Below are positions 1-13,281 of a stretch of DNA of 64,000 bases, piece after piece. The DNA comes from Lytechinus pictus (lineage: Eukaryota): positions 13,082,001 to 13,146,000 of the forward strand of contig NC_087247.1 in the NCBI RefSeq assembly GCF_037042905.1. The letters are read 5' to 3'. Below the pieces are notes generated by a model. The model had not been told where the DNA came from. It made no database searches and saw only the letters and a list, made by a program, of their open reading frames with translations. Each line of letters opens with the position of its first letter. Position 1 is the stretch's first letter. Made by a program: the position numbers and the translations under genes.

Positions 1-1939
1 TATGACGCTGTAATGGAGTAGATATGAAAAATCACACAGAGTTCTTAAAAAGTTGGCACTTTGATGTTCAGCGTAAAGTGTTTATCCGATACACACTTTA
101 CGCTCCATTCAAGAGTTTTTGGCGAGATTCGACATCTGAGAATTAGCGAATTCAAACAATCATTCCCTACCCAAACGCTGTATTAAGTGGTCACATTAAG
201 TGATTATTTATATTTTCACAGGCAATTAACTCTTTATTTATCTACATCATCTAAGAATAAGCCTCATCGTTTTCTGAAATGTATATTGTATACCTTTTTC
301 CTCCTTCATTTTTATTATATTTCAATGAGCATGATTTTATTCCTCGTTCTAAAGAAGCTTTAAAATGCCATCGACTTGTCATAAAGTCAACATACATAAA
401 ATGTTGTATGTTAACATGGCGAGATAGTTATGTTATAAGTTACGACATATAAAAAGGGAAAAAATTGCAAAATTAATCTTATATCAACGTGATCAATGAA
501 CGGTGCGTGCGCACGTGGATGCCGATCTTGAACTTTAATTCTTTCCTCAACAAAAGCATGTACCATTTTCAATCAGGACTACCGAATTCAGAGTATTTTT
601 GTATTTCAAACAGAGACCATCACAACACACATGTATCAATTGATTTTATTCATGTTATTAGTGGTATCATACTAATAGGTGCAGTGCAACAAGGGGACAG
701 TGACTTCGACAAATTTAGAGCTAGTCCTAATCAGGTCTCACTAATGTAGTAACCTACTTTTATGTATATCTATTTGGTAATGTCCTCTCATAATGGATGT
801 TTGTACGTAATAGCCCATTTTTCTCAACTTCAGGTACTTCAAGAACATGTAGAAGGCCCGATGGCCGAAAGCTGTAATAAAATCCGATGAAACCCAGGCA
901 AGGCTGCTTCTGCAGCTTACATGCTTCATTAGCATCCTCTCATATATATATAATGGTATTGTTGAAAAGCTCTATCAGTTGCCTGCAGATCGCACCTCAC
1001 GTAGGTTGCGTGAAACTCTGAGTAGCAATAAATTTGATAAACCTACAGCCAACCGTATGAACTTTATATTTCATATTTTATTTTTCATATTTTATTTTTT
1101 TCATTAAAAGTCAACTATTTACATAATTTTCAGTCAAATATAAAAATGCAATCATAAGCATAATATTCATGTAAAAACCCAGGGCCAGTATTTTGCAGTG
1201 TAAGCAATTGGACAAGAACGAATCTGACTAATCTAAGGGGAAAATGAAGTAACAAAACATATCATAAATATCATTATTTCACATACATACTTTCCCGTGT
1301 GTACATACATACGTACATACAAACATACTTATATACATACGGTTCTGTACACTCTAAAAAAAGATTGAGTAAATATTTACCCAATATTGTGTAGGTGGGG
1401 AACCATGTTTGCTGTGTACTCTTCCCCCCAAAAAAAAAAAATTAACACAACATTGCGTTAGATTTACAAAGTTATTTGATATCATTTTACCGAGCAAACA
1501 TGCATGTTCCTATTTTACCCATGCAGTATTGTTAGACTTCTTAAGAATGTACCGCTAGCCTGCTACAAAAAGAGCAGAAAACGTTTCGCAAAAAACGATT
1601 CCTACTTCATTTTAACCTTTTCATATTTACGATATCTCCTCACACTTTTACGATTTTGGTAAACATTTGGGAAACAAAGTGTCAATTTGCATTTCGTCTA
1701 TCATTCTCACAACCTATGCCGACCATGTCCTTATAAACAAAAATCGTGAGAAGAATAAACTAACTCGTTAACCCATTCTTGTCTGAACAGTGACATTTCA
1801 TTTGTTTATAACAGTGTATAGAATTATTGTTAAATTGCTTTCAATTCTTGCACGCAATTCTATGACCTTTAGTCAGAGAGCAATACGCCAATTCATGTAT
1901 TTATTGTCGCAGAAGGAAGGGTATATTTCAGGGTAGTGT

Positions 1940-2019
1940 TTCCTCATTTGCAACACAGGTATCATTCGCATTTCTGTATTCAGTCATGACAGTGATGCCT
2001 ACGTCTGAATAAGGTAAGG
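1940..2019 (+). promoter_or_regulatory. V1 conserved upstream element + putative non-coding leader exon donor
   Basis: TTCCTCATTTGCAACACAGGTATCA followed by GAATAAG|gtaagg (donor 2014). Repeated ahead of every V exon. Confidence 0.6.
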
Positions 2020-2572
2020 AACATTCGGGTGTCATCGCACCTAATAATATTTTACAGTAAAATTAATTTTGATCTTGTGATGTGGAAGCAAACGTCCATT
2101 GGTAGGCAAAGTTCTCGAATGTAGATTGCTTTCCAAATTTTGCACGCCAAACAGAGACCTTAATCAATAACTCCGCAAAAAAACAAGACGTGAATTTCAT
2201 CTTTTGATTTATATGGATTGGTGCTTGTAGGATTTCACAAGGGTGAAAAGAGGAAAAGGGTCTTCGCAATTGATTATGGTCAAGGTGTCCCATTACAAAT
2301 ATTCAGTATGGCTCTAAAAAGGAGATGATCGATATCCACCCCCACCCCCGGATCCTCCGCAGGTTGTAGGTAGTCAGTCTAAATATAGTCGCAATTGAAT
2401 TTGTAAACAATCTAATATAGGCCTCGGCTTATGCCACAGCTTAAGTGACGAAAGGACACTATAGTACCTCATTTTTTGTAGCGATACAATAATTCAGATA
2501 ATCTATATTCCAACAGAATCGACCATCATTTACCAAAGATCTTAGCGAGTAACCGAGAAAACGGGGGCAATC

Positions 2573-3604
2573 ATGACTCATGGATATGGTTTGAAGCTGG
2601 CGACCTTGGTACTCTGCCTGCTTCACTTCACTCCACCCATCTACTCAGCCCCACTCTCCTCCTACTTGGTATCATTCTTTACTCCTCCTGATGCTGACTC
2701 CGACCTACCATTCAACCACATCACCATCAACAACATCACAGGAGATGTCTATATTGGAGCAAGGGAGAGACTCTATCAACTGAACTCAGACCTGACTCTC
2801 AAACACGCCGTAGATACCGGATCATGCCCTTCTCCAGATGAAGATAACACCGATAATAATAAGCTTCTAGTGGTAGCTCCATCACCTGAGGATAAACTCA
2901 TCACATGTGGTGGCTGTGATGGTTACTGTGAGACAAGAAGCTTTACTAATATATCACATGATGTAGTGAGATATGACTCTTCTGGTACTCAGCTTGTAGT
3001 GACCACATCAGATGCACCTATAGTTGGAGCTGTGGTGTTGGGTGCTGACTATCAAAGCAATGGTGTTGGTACTGCAGATGATGGATTGTACTTATTTACG
3101 GGGATCAGTGATGCGTCAGTGAGCTTACCATCTATCTCAAAGCACAATATTGATGACTTGAGTCACGGACAACGGGTGACAGAACCTCAAGCTTCTTTCC
3201 CACAAAATATTTTCAAACATTTGATACCTTACATGGAAAACCTCTACTATTTCATGTCTAGGGGAAACAATCAGAAGAGTGCATACTTGGGGCGACTGTG
3301 TCGTAATTCATTAGACGAAACATTGTCATCCTACACAGAGATACTTCTACAGTGTGGAACTTATAGTGAGATCCAATCAGGTAATATAGGAGCAACTGGA
3401 TCCCAGCTTGCTAATTCATTCAGCATGGAGAGTGCTGATGATCTTCTGTACGCTGTATTCGGAAGTGATAGTTCTTCTGCTCTATGCATCTATAAGATGA
3501 GCGATGTAGAGCAGAGCTTTGATGATGCTGCCAAGGGATGTAGCCAATCAGGAGATAACAGAGGAACAGAGAACAACTACCTTCAAGATAGTTCATGTAA
3601 TAGT
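2573..3604 (+). CDS. Variable exon V1: signal peptide + N-terminal part of the Sema domain (344 codons), intact
   Basis: ATG at 2573, hydrophobic leader, plexin Sema motifs (FNHITI..TGDVYIGARERLYQL, NKLLVV, LITCG, LGRLC, SYTEI.LQC, LYAVF, SALCIYKM). Phase-0 donor AGT|GTAAGT at 3604/3605; acceptor ttccaacag| at 2516/2517. Confidence 0.9.
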
Positions 3605-4349
3605 GTAAGTGTAAATGTCAAGTAAGCTGAAAATCTTTAAAATCATTCTTACCATAATTCTTGTTCTTAGTGTTATAAATTGAACATGTGGCTCCGGACA
3701 GTCAAAATGGTAGTTTGATCTCTTCAAAACGGAATGAGTTCAACTTTTCGGAATAGACCTATATGGTGCTTTTCTGTTACACTCTAGTCAGTAGCACCGA
3801 ATATATCTGCATATGGCAATTAGTTTGCCGTGTATTTCCATGAATGAACATATTTATGACGACAGAAATGCATAAATCTAAAATCGTGCATTCATTATTC
3901 ATTTATCATTCATTATTATTAGAATGTACTTGATTGGGTTAAATAATGACGATCCACAGTATTGTACGACGCAATGATGGAATCAACATGAAAAATCACA
4001 CAGTTTTCAAAAACTTGGCACTTGGATGTTCAGCGTAAAGTGGTTATCCGATTCACACTTTACGCTGCATTCAAGAGTTAAGTGTTTGGCGAGATTTGAC
4101 ATCTGAGAATTAGCCACTTTAAACAATCATTCCGTACCCAAACGCTGTATCAAGTGGTCACATTAAGTGATTATTTTCACAGGCAATTAACTCGTGATTA
4201 ATTTATCTACACCAGCTAAGAATAAGCCTCATCGTTTTTCTGAAATGTATATTGTATATCATTCCCCCCTTCATTTTTATTATAATTCAATTAGCTTGAT
4301 TTCATTCCTCGTTCTACAGAAGCTTTAAAATGCCATCGACTTGTCGTAA

Positions 4350-4672
4350 AAAATCTAAATTAAAATCTAAAAAAATCCTGGGGCGATCGAGCCTTTGCTC
4401 ATGCCGGACCAGCCCTGTGGAATTCACTACCACACGAGCTGAAGAACTCAAACTCTGTAACATCCTTTAAGGGCAACCTAAAATTGCATTTGTTCACCAG
4501 CAGGTACTAGATTTGATGACAGAAATCTTTCCTTATTTGTAATTTACCCTTTCTTGTACTTCTCTTATAGTTATCTTTACTTTTATGTTTTGCTCTCTTC
4601 TAAGCGCCTTGAGCATTTAATCAAAATGGAAAAGACGCTATATAAATCATATGTATTATCATTATTATTATT
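4350..4672 (+). mobile_element. LINE/SINE 3'-end fragment, shared with 8228-8551
   Basis: Ends gcgccttgagc...gacgctatataaat..(att)n. Present only in the spacers after V1 and V2. Confidence 0.55.
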
Positions 4673-5531
4673 ACATAAAAAGTAAATAGCGAAAATTAAT
4701 CTTATATCAACATGTTCAATGAACGGTACGTGCGCATGTGGATGTCGATTAACTAGCCATAATTCTTTCCTCAACAAAAGCATATACCATTTTCAATCAG
4801 GACTACCGAATTCAGAGCATTTTTTAATTTAAGCCAGAGACCATGAACACAAACATGTATCAATGGATGTTATTCATGTCCTTAGTGGTATAATCTCACT
4901 ACAAGTGCAGTGCAACAAAGGGACAGCGGGTGGTTGCCCTATGGGTTTCAAGTAAGAATAAAGGTGGGATACAATGGGACAAGAAGAGGCTGGTAAGAAA
5001 AAAAAAGTGTTGGAAATAGATGGCTTTGTCGTGAACTGCACTATCATGACTATAGACTTACCCGTACGAATACCTCCATTCCAGACATAAGACTAGTACC
5101 CGTTACAACAAAGTCTTGGTAACACCGCTTCATGATATATGAATATACAATTCCATATTTCTTGCCATGATCAATTATTCGTGTGATATATTGACAAATA
5201 TGGCAGCTCATAATCTCCTCTACGTTCCACTCATCGAAAGTTTGCCTCATTTTTATCAGGGTTCGGAAACACAGTAAAATATTTGCAGCTTTATTGGTGT
5301 GGAAAATGATTGCTAACAATAGGAAAATAAAACTTATCATTTTTGTTGTGATTCACGAAAGAAATACATTGAAACTTTCATTCTCGTTTGTTCTGTAAAA
5401 GTATAATTTTGCTGATTAAATTTCAATCCTTGCACGAGCTGCCATGGCCTTTTGTCTGGGAACAATAGGCCAAATCATCGACCCATCGTCCCAAAAAATA
5501 TTCATATATATATATTGAATTTCATTGCCAG

Positions 5532-5628
5532 ACTTCCTCATTCGCAGCACAGGTATCATTTATATTACTCGTTTCAATCAGCGAGTTGAAAGTAGAGACC
5601 GCGATTCCATCGTGAGAATAAGGTAAGG
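5532..5628 (+). promoter_or_regulatory. V2 conserved upstream element + leader donor
   Basis: ACTTCCTCATTCGCAGCACAGGTATCA; GAATAAG|gtaagg donor at 5623. Confidence 0.6.
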
Positions 5629-6406
5629 AACATTCGGGTGTCATTCATTGCTTAATATTTCTTGAAATTATTGAACTTTTTACTGAAATAAATTCATATT
5701 TTGTGATGTGGTAGCAAAGGTCCATTTATGTACTATGCTACGCGGGCAATGTCCCGGAAAAGGGTGGTGGGGGGGGGGGGTCTGTAGGATTCTGAGGTAC
5801 ACATTGTATGTACATGTACTTCCACTGTTATGTTCATTTAATGATACATACAATGATGATGCGTAGACCTATTTACAGCAACTTTCATTGAAGATCTAAA
5901 TCGAAAATATGTTGAAATTATTTTATACATATTACATTTCTTGATTTCAATTTGAACAATTTAATTCACATGATTGTACTTGACTAAAACTCAAATTAAA
6001 AGGACAAATTAATACAGTCAAGACGTATCGTTGTATGTTGTAAAAAAATACCATGGTCAATATCAGCTTGCTCACAAGTGGACAACACTTTTAAAATGTT
6101 GTCTTTATTGCTATCATTTGATTTTCCATAATTAGGATTGGATTAATGGCAAAATAATAATTTCGCAAATTATTCATGTATATCCGTGCTACAAATCATC
6201 TTTGAATCATCTGCTTGATGGTTGTAGGTATAGTCAGTGGTCGTATTGTCACCCCGGATTTTATTGTGCTCAAATATGTCTAGCTATGATGATGGTACCC
6301 AAGTATGACTGATGTAGTAAGTAATGAAGTTAATTCATATTCAAACAGGATCATCACCTACATTTACCAAAGATCTTGACGAATAACCGAGGAAACAAGG
6401 ACAATC

Positions 6407-7441
6407 ATGACTCAAGGATACGGTTCGAAGCTGGTGATCTTGGTGTGCCTGCTTCATTTCACTCAACCCATCTACTCAGCTCCACTCTCCTCCTACCTGG
6501 TATCATCCTTTACTCCTCCTGATGCTGACTCGGACTTACCATTCAACCACATCACTTTCAACAACATCACTGGAGATGTCTACATCGGAGCACGGGAGAG
6601 ACTCTATCAACTCAACACAGATCTGACACCGAAACACACCATAGATACTGGATCATGTCAACCAGATAAAAATGATATCATTAATACCAATAATATTAGG
6701 CTTCTGGTGGTAGCTCCATCACCTGAGGATATGCTCATCACATGCGGTGGGTGTGACGGTTTTTGTGAGACAAGGAGCTTGAATAATATATCACATGATG
6801 TAGTGAGATATGACTCTTCTGGTACTCAGTATGTGGTTACGAGATCAGATGCACCTGTAGTTGGAGCTGTAGTGTTGAGTGCGGACTACCAGGATGATGG
6901 AGTTGGTACTGCAGATGATGGATTGTACTTATTTACGGGGATCAGTGATGCAACACCAAACTTTCCATCTATATCAAAGCACAATATTGATGAATTGACT
7001 CATGGACAACGGGTGACAGCACCTCAAGCTTCTTCCCCACAAAACATTTTTAAACATTTGATCCCCTTCATGGAAAATCTCTACTATCTCATGTCTAGGG
7101 GAAACAGTCAGAAGAATGCATACTTGGGGCGACTGTGCCGTAATTCATTAGACGAAGCATTGTCATCCTACACAGAGATACTTCTACAGTGTGGAACTTA
7201 TAGTGAGATCCAGTCAGGTCTTATCGGAGAAGCAGGATCCCAGCTAGCTGATTCCTTCAGCTTGGAGAGTACTGACGATCTTCTGTATGCTGTATTTGGT
7301 AGTGATAGTTCATCTGCTCTTTGCATCTATAAGATGAGTGATGTAGAGCAGAGTTTTGACGGTGCTGCCAAGGGATGTAGCCAATCAGGAGATAACAGAG
7401 GAACAGAGAACAACTATCTTCAAGGTAGTTCATGTAATAGA
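6407..7441 (+). CDS. Variable exon V2 (345 codons), intact
   Basis: Paralog of V1. Acceptor tcaaacag| at 6348/6349; phase-0 donor AGA|GTAAGT at 7441/7442. Confidence 0.9.
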
Positions 7442-8730
7442 GTAAGTGTAAATGTCAAGTAAGCTGAAAATCTTTAAAATCATTCTTACCATAATTCTTG
7501 TTCTTAGTGTTATTAATTGAACATATGGCTCCGGACAATCAAAATTGTAGTTTGATCTCTTCAAAACGGAATAAGTTCAACTTTCGGAATAGACCTATAT
7601 AGGCCTATTTGCAGATTATGGGCAATTCAGCATGGTGCCTCTCTGTTACACTCTAGTCAGTAGCACCGAATATATCTGCACATGGCAATTAGTTTGCCGT
7701 GTATTTCCATGAATGAACATATTTATGACGACAGAAATGCATAAAATCCAAAATCGTGCATTCATTATTATTCATTTATCATTTATTCATTATTATTAGA
7801 ATGTACTTGATTGAGTTAAATAATGACGATCCACAGTATTGTATGACGCAATGATGGAATCAACGTGAAAAATCACACAGAGTTTTCAAAAACTTGGCAC
7901 TTGGATGTTCAGCGTAAAGTGGTTATCCGATTCACACTTTACGCTGTATTCAAGAGTTAAGTGCTTGGCGAGATTTGACATCTGAGAAATAGCCACTTTA
8001 AACAATCATTCCGTACCCAAACTCTGTATCAAGTGGTCACATTAAGTGATTATTTTCACAGGCAATTAACTCGTGATTAATTTATCTACACCAGCTAAGA
8101 ATAGGCCTCATCGTTTTCTGAAATGTATATTGTATATCATATCCCCCTTCATTTTAATTATAATTCAATTAGCCTGATTTCATTCCTTGTTTTACAGAAG
8201 CTTTAAAATGCCATCGACTTGTCGTAAAAAAATCTAACTTAAAATCTAAAAAAATCCTGGGGCGATCGAGCCTTTGCTCATGCCGGACCAGCCCTGTGGA
8301 ATTCACTACCACACGAGCTGAAGAACTCAAACTCTGCAACATCCTTTAAGGACAACCTAAAATTGCATTTGTTCACCAGCAGGTACTAGGTTTGATGACA
8401 GAAATCTTTCCTTATTTGTAATTTACCCTTTCTTGTACTTCTCTTATCGTTCTCTTTACTTTAATGTTTTGCTCTCTTCTAAGCGCCTTGAGCATTTAAT
8501 CAAAATGGAAAAGACGCTATATAAATCATATGTATTATCATTATTGTTATTACATAAAAAGTGAATAGCGAAAATTAATCTTATATCAACATGTTCAATG
8601 AACGGACTACCGAATTCAGAGCATTTTTTTAAATTTAAACCAGAGACCATGAACACAAACATGTATCAATGGATCATGTTCTTCGTCGTATAATCATACT
8701 GCCAAGTGCAGTTGAACAAAGGGACAGCAG

Positions 8731-8885
8731 GGGCCTGTTGCATAAAACTTTTAACCTGAGAAAACTCAGGTATTTTTTACCCAAGTTTTTGCCCTGTGTT
8801 AAAGTCAATGGCAGAAATCAGACTAACCTTACTTTTCAGTTTTTACCGGAGTTTTCTAGGTAAAAAAGTTTTATGCAAAAGGCTG
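8731..8885. mobile_element. Small MITE (Harbinger/ISL2EU-like)
   Basis: Imperfect TIR ...TTGCATAAAACTTTT, CAG TSD, absent from the paralogous site at ~4927. Confidence 0.6.
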
Positions 8886-9481
8886 CAGGTGGTCGCCCTC
8901 TGGGATTCAAGTAGGAATAAAGGCGGGATACAGTGGGACAAGAAGAGGCTGGTAAGAAAAAAAGTGTGGGAAATAGATGGCTTTGTCGTGAACTGCACTG
9001 TCATGACTGTAGAATTACCCGTGCAAAATCGCCATTTCAGACATCGGGCCATCTTGACCCGTTACAACAAAGTCTTGGTAACACCGCTTCATGATATATG
9101 AATATACAATTCCATATTTCTTGCCATGATGAATCATTTATGTGATATATTGACAAATATGGCAGCCCACAATCTCCTCTACGTTCCCCTCATCGAAAGT
9201 TTGCCTCATTCAGGGTTCGGAAAAACAGTAAAATGTTAACACAATCATTGGTGTGCAATATGCTTGCTAATAAGAAAAGAAAAACTTATCATTTTTGTTG
9301 TGATTCACGAAAAAAATATATTGAAACTTTCAATTTTGTTTGCTCTGTAAAAGCATAATTTTGTAGATTGAAATTCAATCCTCTCACGAGCTGCCATGGT
9401 ATTTTGCCTGGGAACAAGAGGCCGAATCATCGACCCATCGTCGCTAAAAAGATGTAAATATATATTGAATTTTATGGCAAG

Positions 9482-9572
9482 ACTTCCTCATTTGCAGCAC
9501 TGGTATCAATTATATTACTCTCTTCAAGAGAGACCGCGATGCCTTCGTCATGTTCGTGGGAATAAGGTAAGG
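9482..9572 (+). promoter_or_regulatory. V3 conserved upstream element + leader donor
   Basis: ACTTCCTCATTTGCAGCACTGGTATCA; gtaagg donor at 9567. Confidence 0.55.
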
Positions 9573-10045
9573 AACATTCGGGTATCATTCATTGCTTAAT
9601 ATTTGAACTTTTTACTGATATGAATTTAGATCTTGTGATGTGGTAGCAAAGGTCCATTATGAACTATGTTACGAGGGCAACGTCCTGGAAGGGGGGGGGG
9701 GTCTGTAGGATTCTGAGGTACAATATGTATACAAATATTTACTTCCAATTTTATATTTATTTAATGTTGCATACAATGATTTTGCGTTGGCCTATTCACA
9801 GCCACTATCATTGAAGATCTCATTCTAAGATAGGGCTTATATCGAAATGATTTTATAAATATTACATTTCTACACTTTAATTTGAACAATTCAATTCACA
9901 TGATTGTACTTGATTAAAGATCCAATTGAAATGACAAATTGATACAGTCAACGATTACCGGTGTATGTTGTAAAAAAAATACCATGATCAATATTTGCTT
10001 GCTCACTAGTGGAAAACACTTTTAAGGGGTTGTCTTTATTGCTTT

Positions 10046-11269
10046 CATCACCAGAGATGTCTATATTGGTGCACGAGAGAGACTCTAGCTATCAACTCAA
10101 CTCAGAGCTGTCTCTCAAACACACTGTAGATACCGGATCGTGTCGTTCTCCAAATGAAGACAATACCAATAACAATAGACTTCTGGTGGTAGCTCCATTA
10201 CCTGAGGATAAACTCATCACATGTGGTGGCTGTGATGGTTTCTGCGAGACAAGGAGCTTGACTAATATATCACATGATGTAGTGAGACATGACTCTCTTG
10301 ATACTCAGCGAGTGGTTACGACATCAGATGCAGCTATTGTTGGAACTGTGGTGTTGGGTGCAGACTACCAGGATGATGAAGTTGGTAATGCAGATGGTGG
10401 ATTGCACTTATTTACTGGGATCAGTGATGCCTCAATTACCATTCGTTCTCAAAGAGAAATCTTATTGACCTAAGCTATGGGCAAGAGGTAACACATCCTC
10501 AAACCTCGTCCCGACAAAACGTTTTCAAAATGTTAATCCCTTACATGGAAAACCTCTACTATTTAATGTCTAGGGGAAACATTCAGAAGAGTGCATACTT
10601 GGGGCGACTTTGCCGTAATTCATTAGACGAAGATTTTGCGTCCTACACAGAGATACAACTACAGTGTGGATCTCACAATGAGATCCAGTCAGGTCATATA
10701 GGAGCAGCAGGATCCCAGCTAGCTGATTCCTTCAGCTTGGAGAGTACTGACGATCTTCTGTATGCTGTTTTCGGAAGTGATGTTTCATCTGCTCTTTGCA
10801 TCTATAAGATGAGTGATATAGAGCACAGTTTTGACGATGCTGCCAAGGGATGTAGCCAATCAGGAGATAACAGAGGAACAGAGAACAACTATCTTTGATA
10901 TTTGTGGATTACTTGTTTTAAGTTTGTATTCTGTGTCCGTCTCGAATTTTGTATAGAGTTGTATATATAGTTTGTTTATAATTAGCATTGAAACTAACTT
11001 TAGGGGCTTGCCTTCTCTACAAGCTTTTGCTTTTCTTGGCAAGTCCCTCCGTTCATTTCTTGTTTCTTTTCATTGATAATATTAATGCAACAAATTGTAG
11101 TTTTGTTTAATTTATATTCAACATTTGTTACGAAATTTCATTGATTTGTCTGTATTATCGATTATATTGAATATGTACTGTTACTTTGATTATATTTTGA
11201 AAAAATTGTTGAACGGAAATAAAATCTAAATCAAAAAATCTAAATCTTCAAGGTAGTACATGTAATAGA
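10046..11269 (+). pseudogene. Variable exon V3, pseudo-exon
   Basis: Acceptor, ATG and signal peptide are deleted (intron sequence fused to catcaccagagatgtctat). Frameshifts split it into ORFs 10009-10473 and 10530-10898. There is an insertion at 10896-11243. The GTAAGT donor is retained at 11270. Confidence 0.88.
10896..11243 (+). mobile_element. 5'-truncated non-LTR retroelement 3' end inserted in V3
   Basis: Flanked by ATCTT duplication; ends with AATAAA and an (AAATCT)n-like tail. Confidence 0.6.
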
Positions 11270-11482
11270 GTAAGTGTAAATGTCAAGTGAGCTAAAAATC
11301 TATCAGATCATTCTTAACAAAATTCTTGTTGTTAATGTTATTAATTGAACATATGGCTCCGGGCAATCAGAACGGTAGTTTGATCTCTTAAAAAAGGAAT
11401 GAGTTCAATTTCGAAATAGGCCTACATAAGCCTATTATGGGCACAATACAGCATGGTGCTTCAGTAACACCGAATATGTCTG

Positions 11483-12463
11483 TGTCACGAAACCAAGCTG
11501 CATGGAGAATATTCTCGCCTCGACGCAAAGAAATACCCGTGACTAAAAGCTTGCGAGAAGAAGTTGATTTTATTACAGGTTCAAGACTTCAAGATGAATC
11601 TTCAACACACATGTGTATATGTTTCAACACAAGCGCAATAAAATACCAGCTCTGAGACATTGCGTCTCCTTCTCTTTCGTAGCTATACTATTTTCTGACT
11701 AGAATTCACTCTCCTTCCACTGTTTATAACGTACCATTACATAAATATAAGCCACTGTTACATAAGAATATATAAAGGAATATAAAGAGAATTCTATACC
11801 CTATGTTTCTCCTCGTCCGAAATTACATAAACTACTGTAGCCAATCAAGGCTCAGGACTGACTTATATTAGTTATAATATTCCTTATCTTGGGATGGATA
11901 TAAAGGGATACAGAGAGACACTACTTGGAACCAATCATCTCACAGGACCACCTTACATAAGCGTTGGGAGGTGCATTTAAAGAAATACATAACGAAACTT
12001 TTTTGGACCAATCGCATCTTACGAGTTCCTTACATAAGTTAAGTTGTTCCTTGTCTGGAGATGGATACAAATAGTTACAAAGAAGAACCACTTCTGGCCA
12101 ATGATACTACAGGGCTATAGTGTCTGGAAATGAACTAAAGTTTTGTAAAGAGAAACTCTTTCTGACCAATCACAGTGTAGTGCTTTCTTACATAAAATGT
12201 GTTTTTCCAGACAGGGGTAATGAATGTTTATCCCTCCCTTGACGTTTGTATCAAGGACAAAGACTCCTGCAGTAGGAAAAAAAAAGACCGTGGCTTATTT
12301 TGAGCCATGGCCTTAAGACTTGAAGCCATATGAGCGTAAATCCTTGCATGTAAAATGGGTTACTGTATATACTTTCAGGACTTTCACATGCCTACTTTAA
12401 TATTAGGTACACACCTATCATTTAGAAAGAATATAATTTAACTATGAGGACTACTTCGTCACA
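11483..12463 (-). mobile_element. Solo LTR (~980 bp)
   Basis: Termini TGTCACGAA...TTCGTCACA, 5-bp TSD gtctg/gcctg, several CCAAT boxes, TATA-like and AATAAA signals on the minus strand. Absent from paralogous spacers. Confidence 0.7.
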
Positions 12464-13281
12464 GCCTGCACAAGGCATTTTAATTTGCCGCGTATTTCCA
12501 GGAATGCATGAATGATAACATATTCATGATGATAGAAATGTATAAAATTCAAAATCGTGCATTCATATTGTTTTAAAAATGTACTTACTGATTTTATTTC
12601 TTCTGATAGACAGTATCGACGCTAGAATGGAATCAATATGAAAAATCACACAGAGTTCTCAAAAACTTGGCACTTTGATGTTCAGCGTAAAGTGGTTATG
12701 CTATATTAATATATCAACTGCACCCCCCAAACAAAAAATTGAGACATGGACAGGATCTATGATATGTTATGTATACATCGAAATCAAGTCGATCTACCTT
12801 TGTTTTCATTTTTATTGTTAATTAAAATATCAACTGAAAACCCTACTAATCTAGGCCTCAGTACACTTAATTGGATGTAATCCAAATTGAATTGAATGAA
12901 CAAATATTTAGGTGATTAATCTTGGAACCATATTATTCAACTACAAAAAAAAAATCAAAATTTTACTCTTTTTTTTTAGTTATTTATTCGTTCCTGGAAT
13001 AAAACTACACTATTTCACAAAATCAGCTCTCGCTCCGCAGAACACACAGCACTGCAGCAGGTCTATGAATGTACGTAGTGGCTGTTCTAATAAGCGATCA
13101 CACCCCCCCCCCAACTATGTTTCCCATCGTGAAAACACTCCATTGCCGCCCGTAGTACACTCTCCGAGCTCAAAAAATTCTAAGTCCTGAACATGACTCT
13201 GAGTAAATTGACTTCAAGTCGGTTGACTCAGGGTCAACTTTCAGGTGTGTATCTCCATTGCTGCATATATATATATATATA

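Noticed and set aside
489-749. Repeated small ORF (also 14893-15156)
   Set aside because: GTG start; the similarity simply reflects the spacer duplication, and other paralogous spacers are frameshifted.
3620-3628. Second donor (CAA|GTAAGC) 17 nt after the main V donor
   Set aside because: It would be phase 2, incompatible with C1a/C1b, and it is lost in V5.
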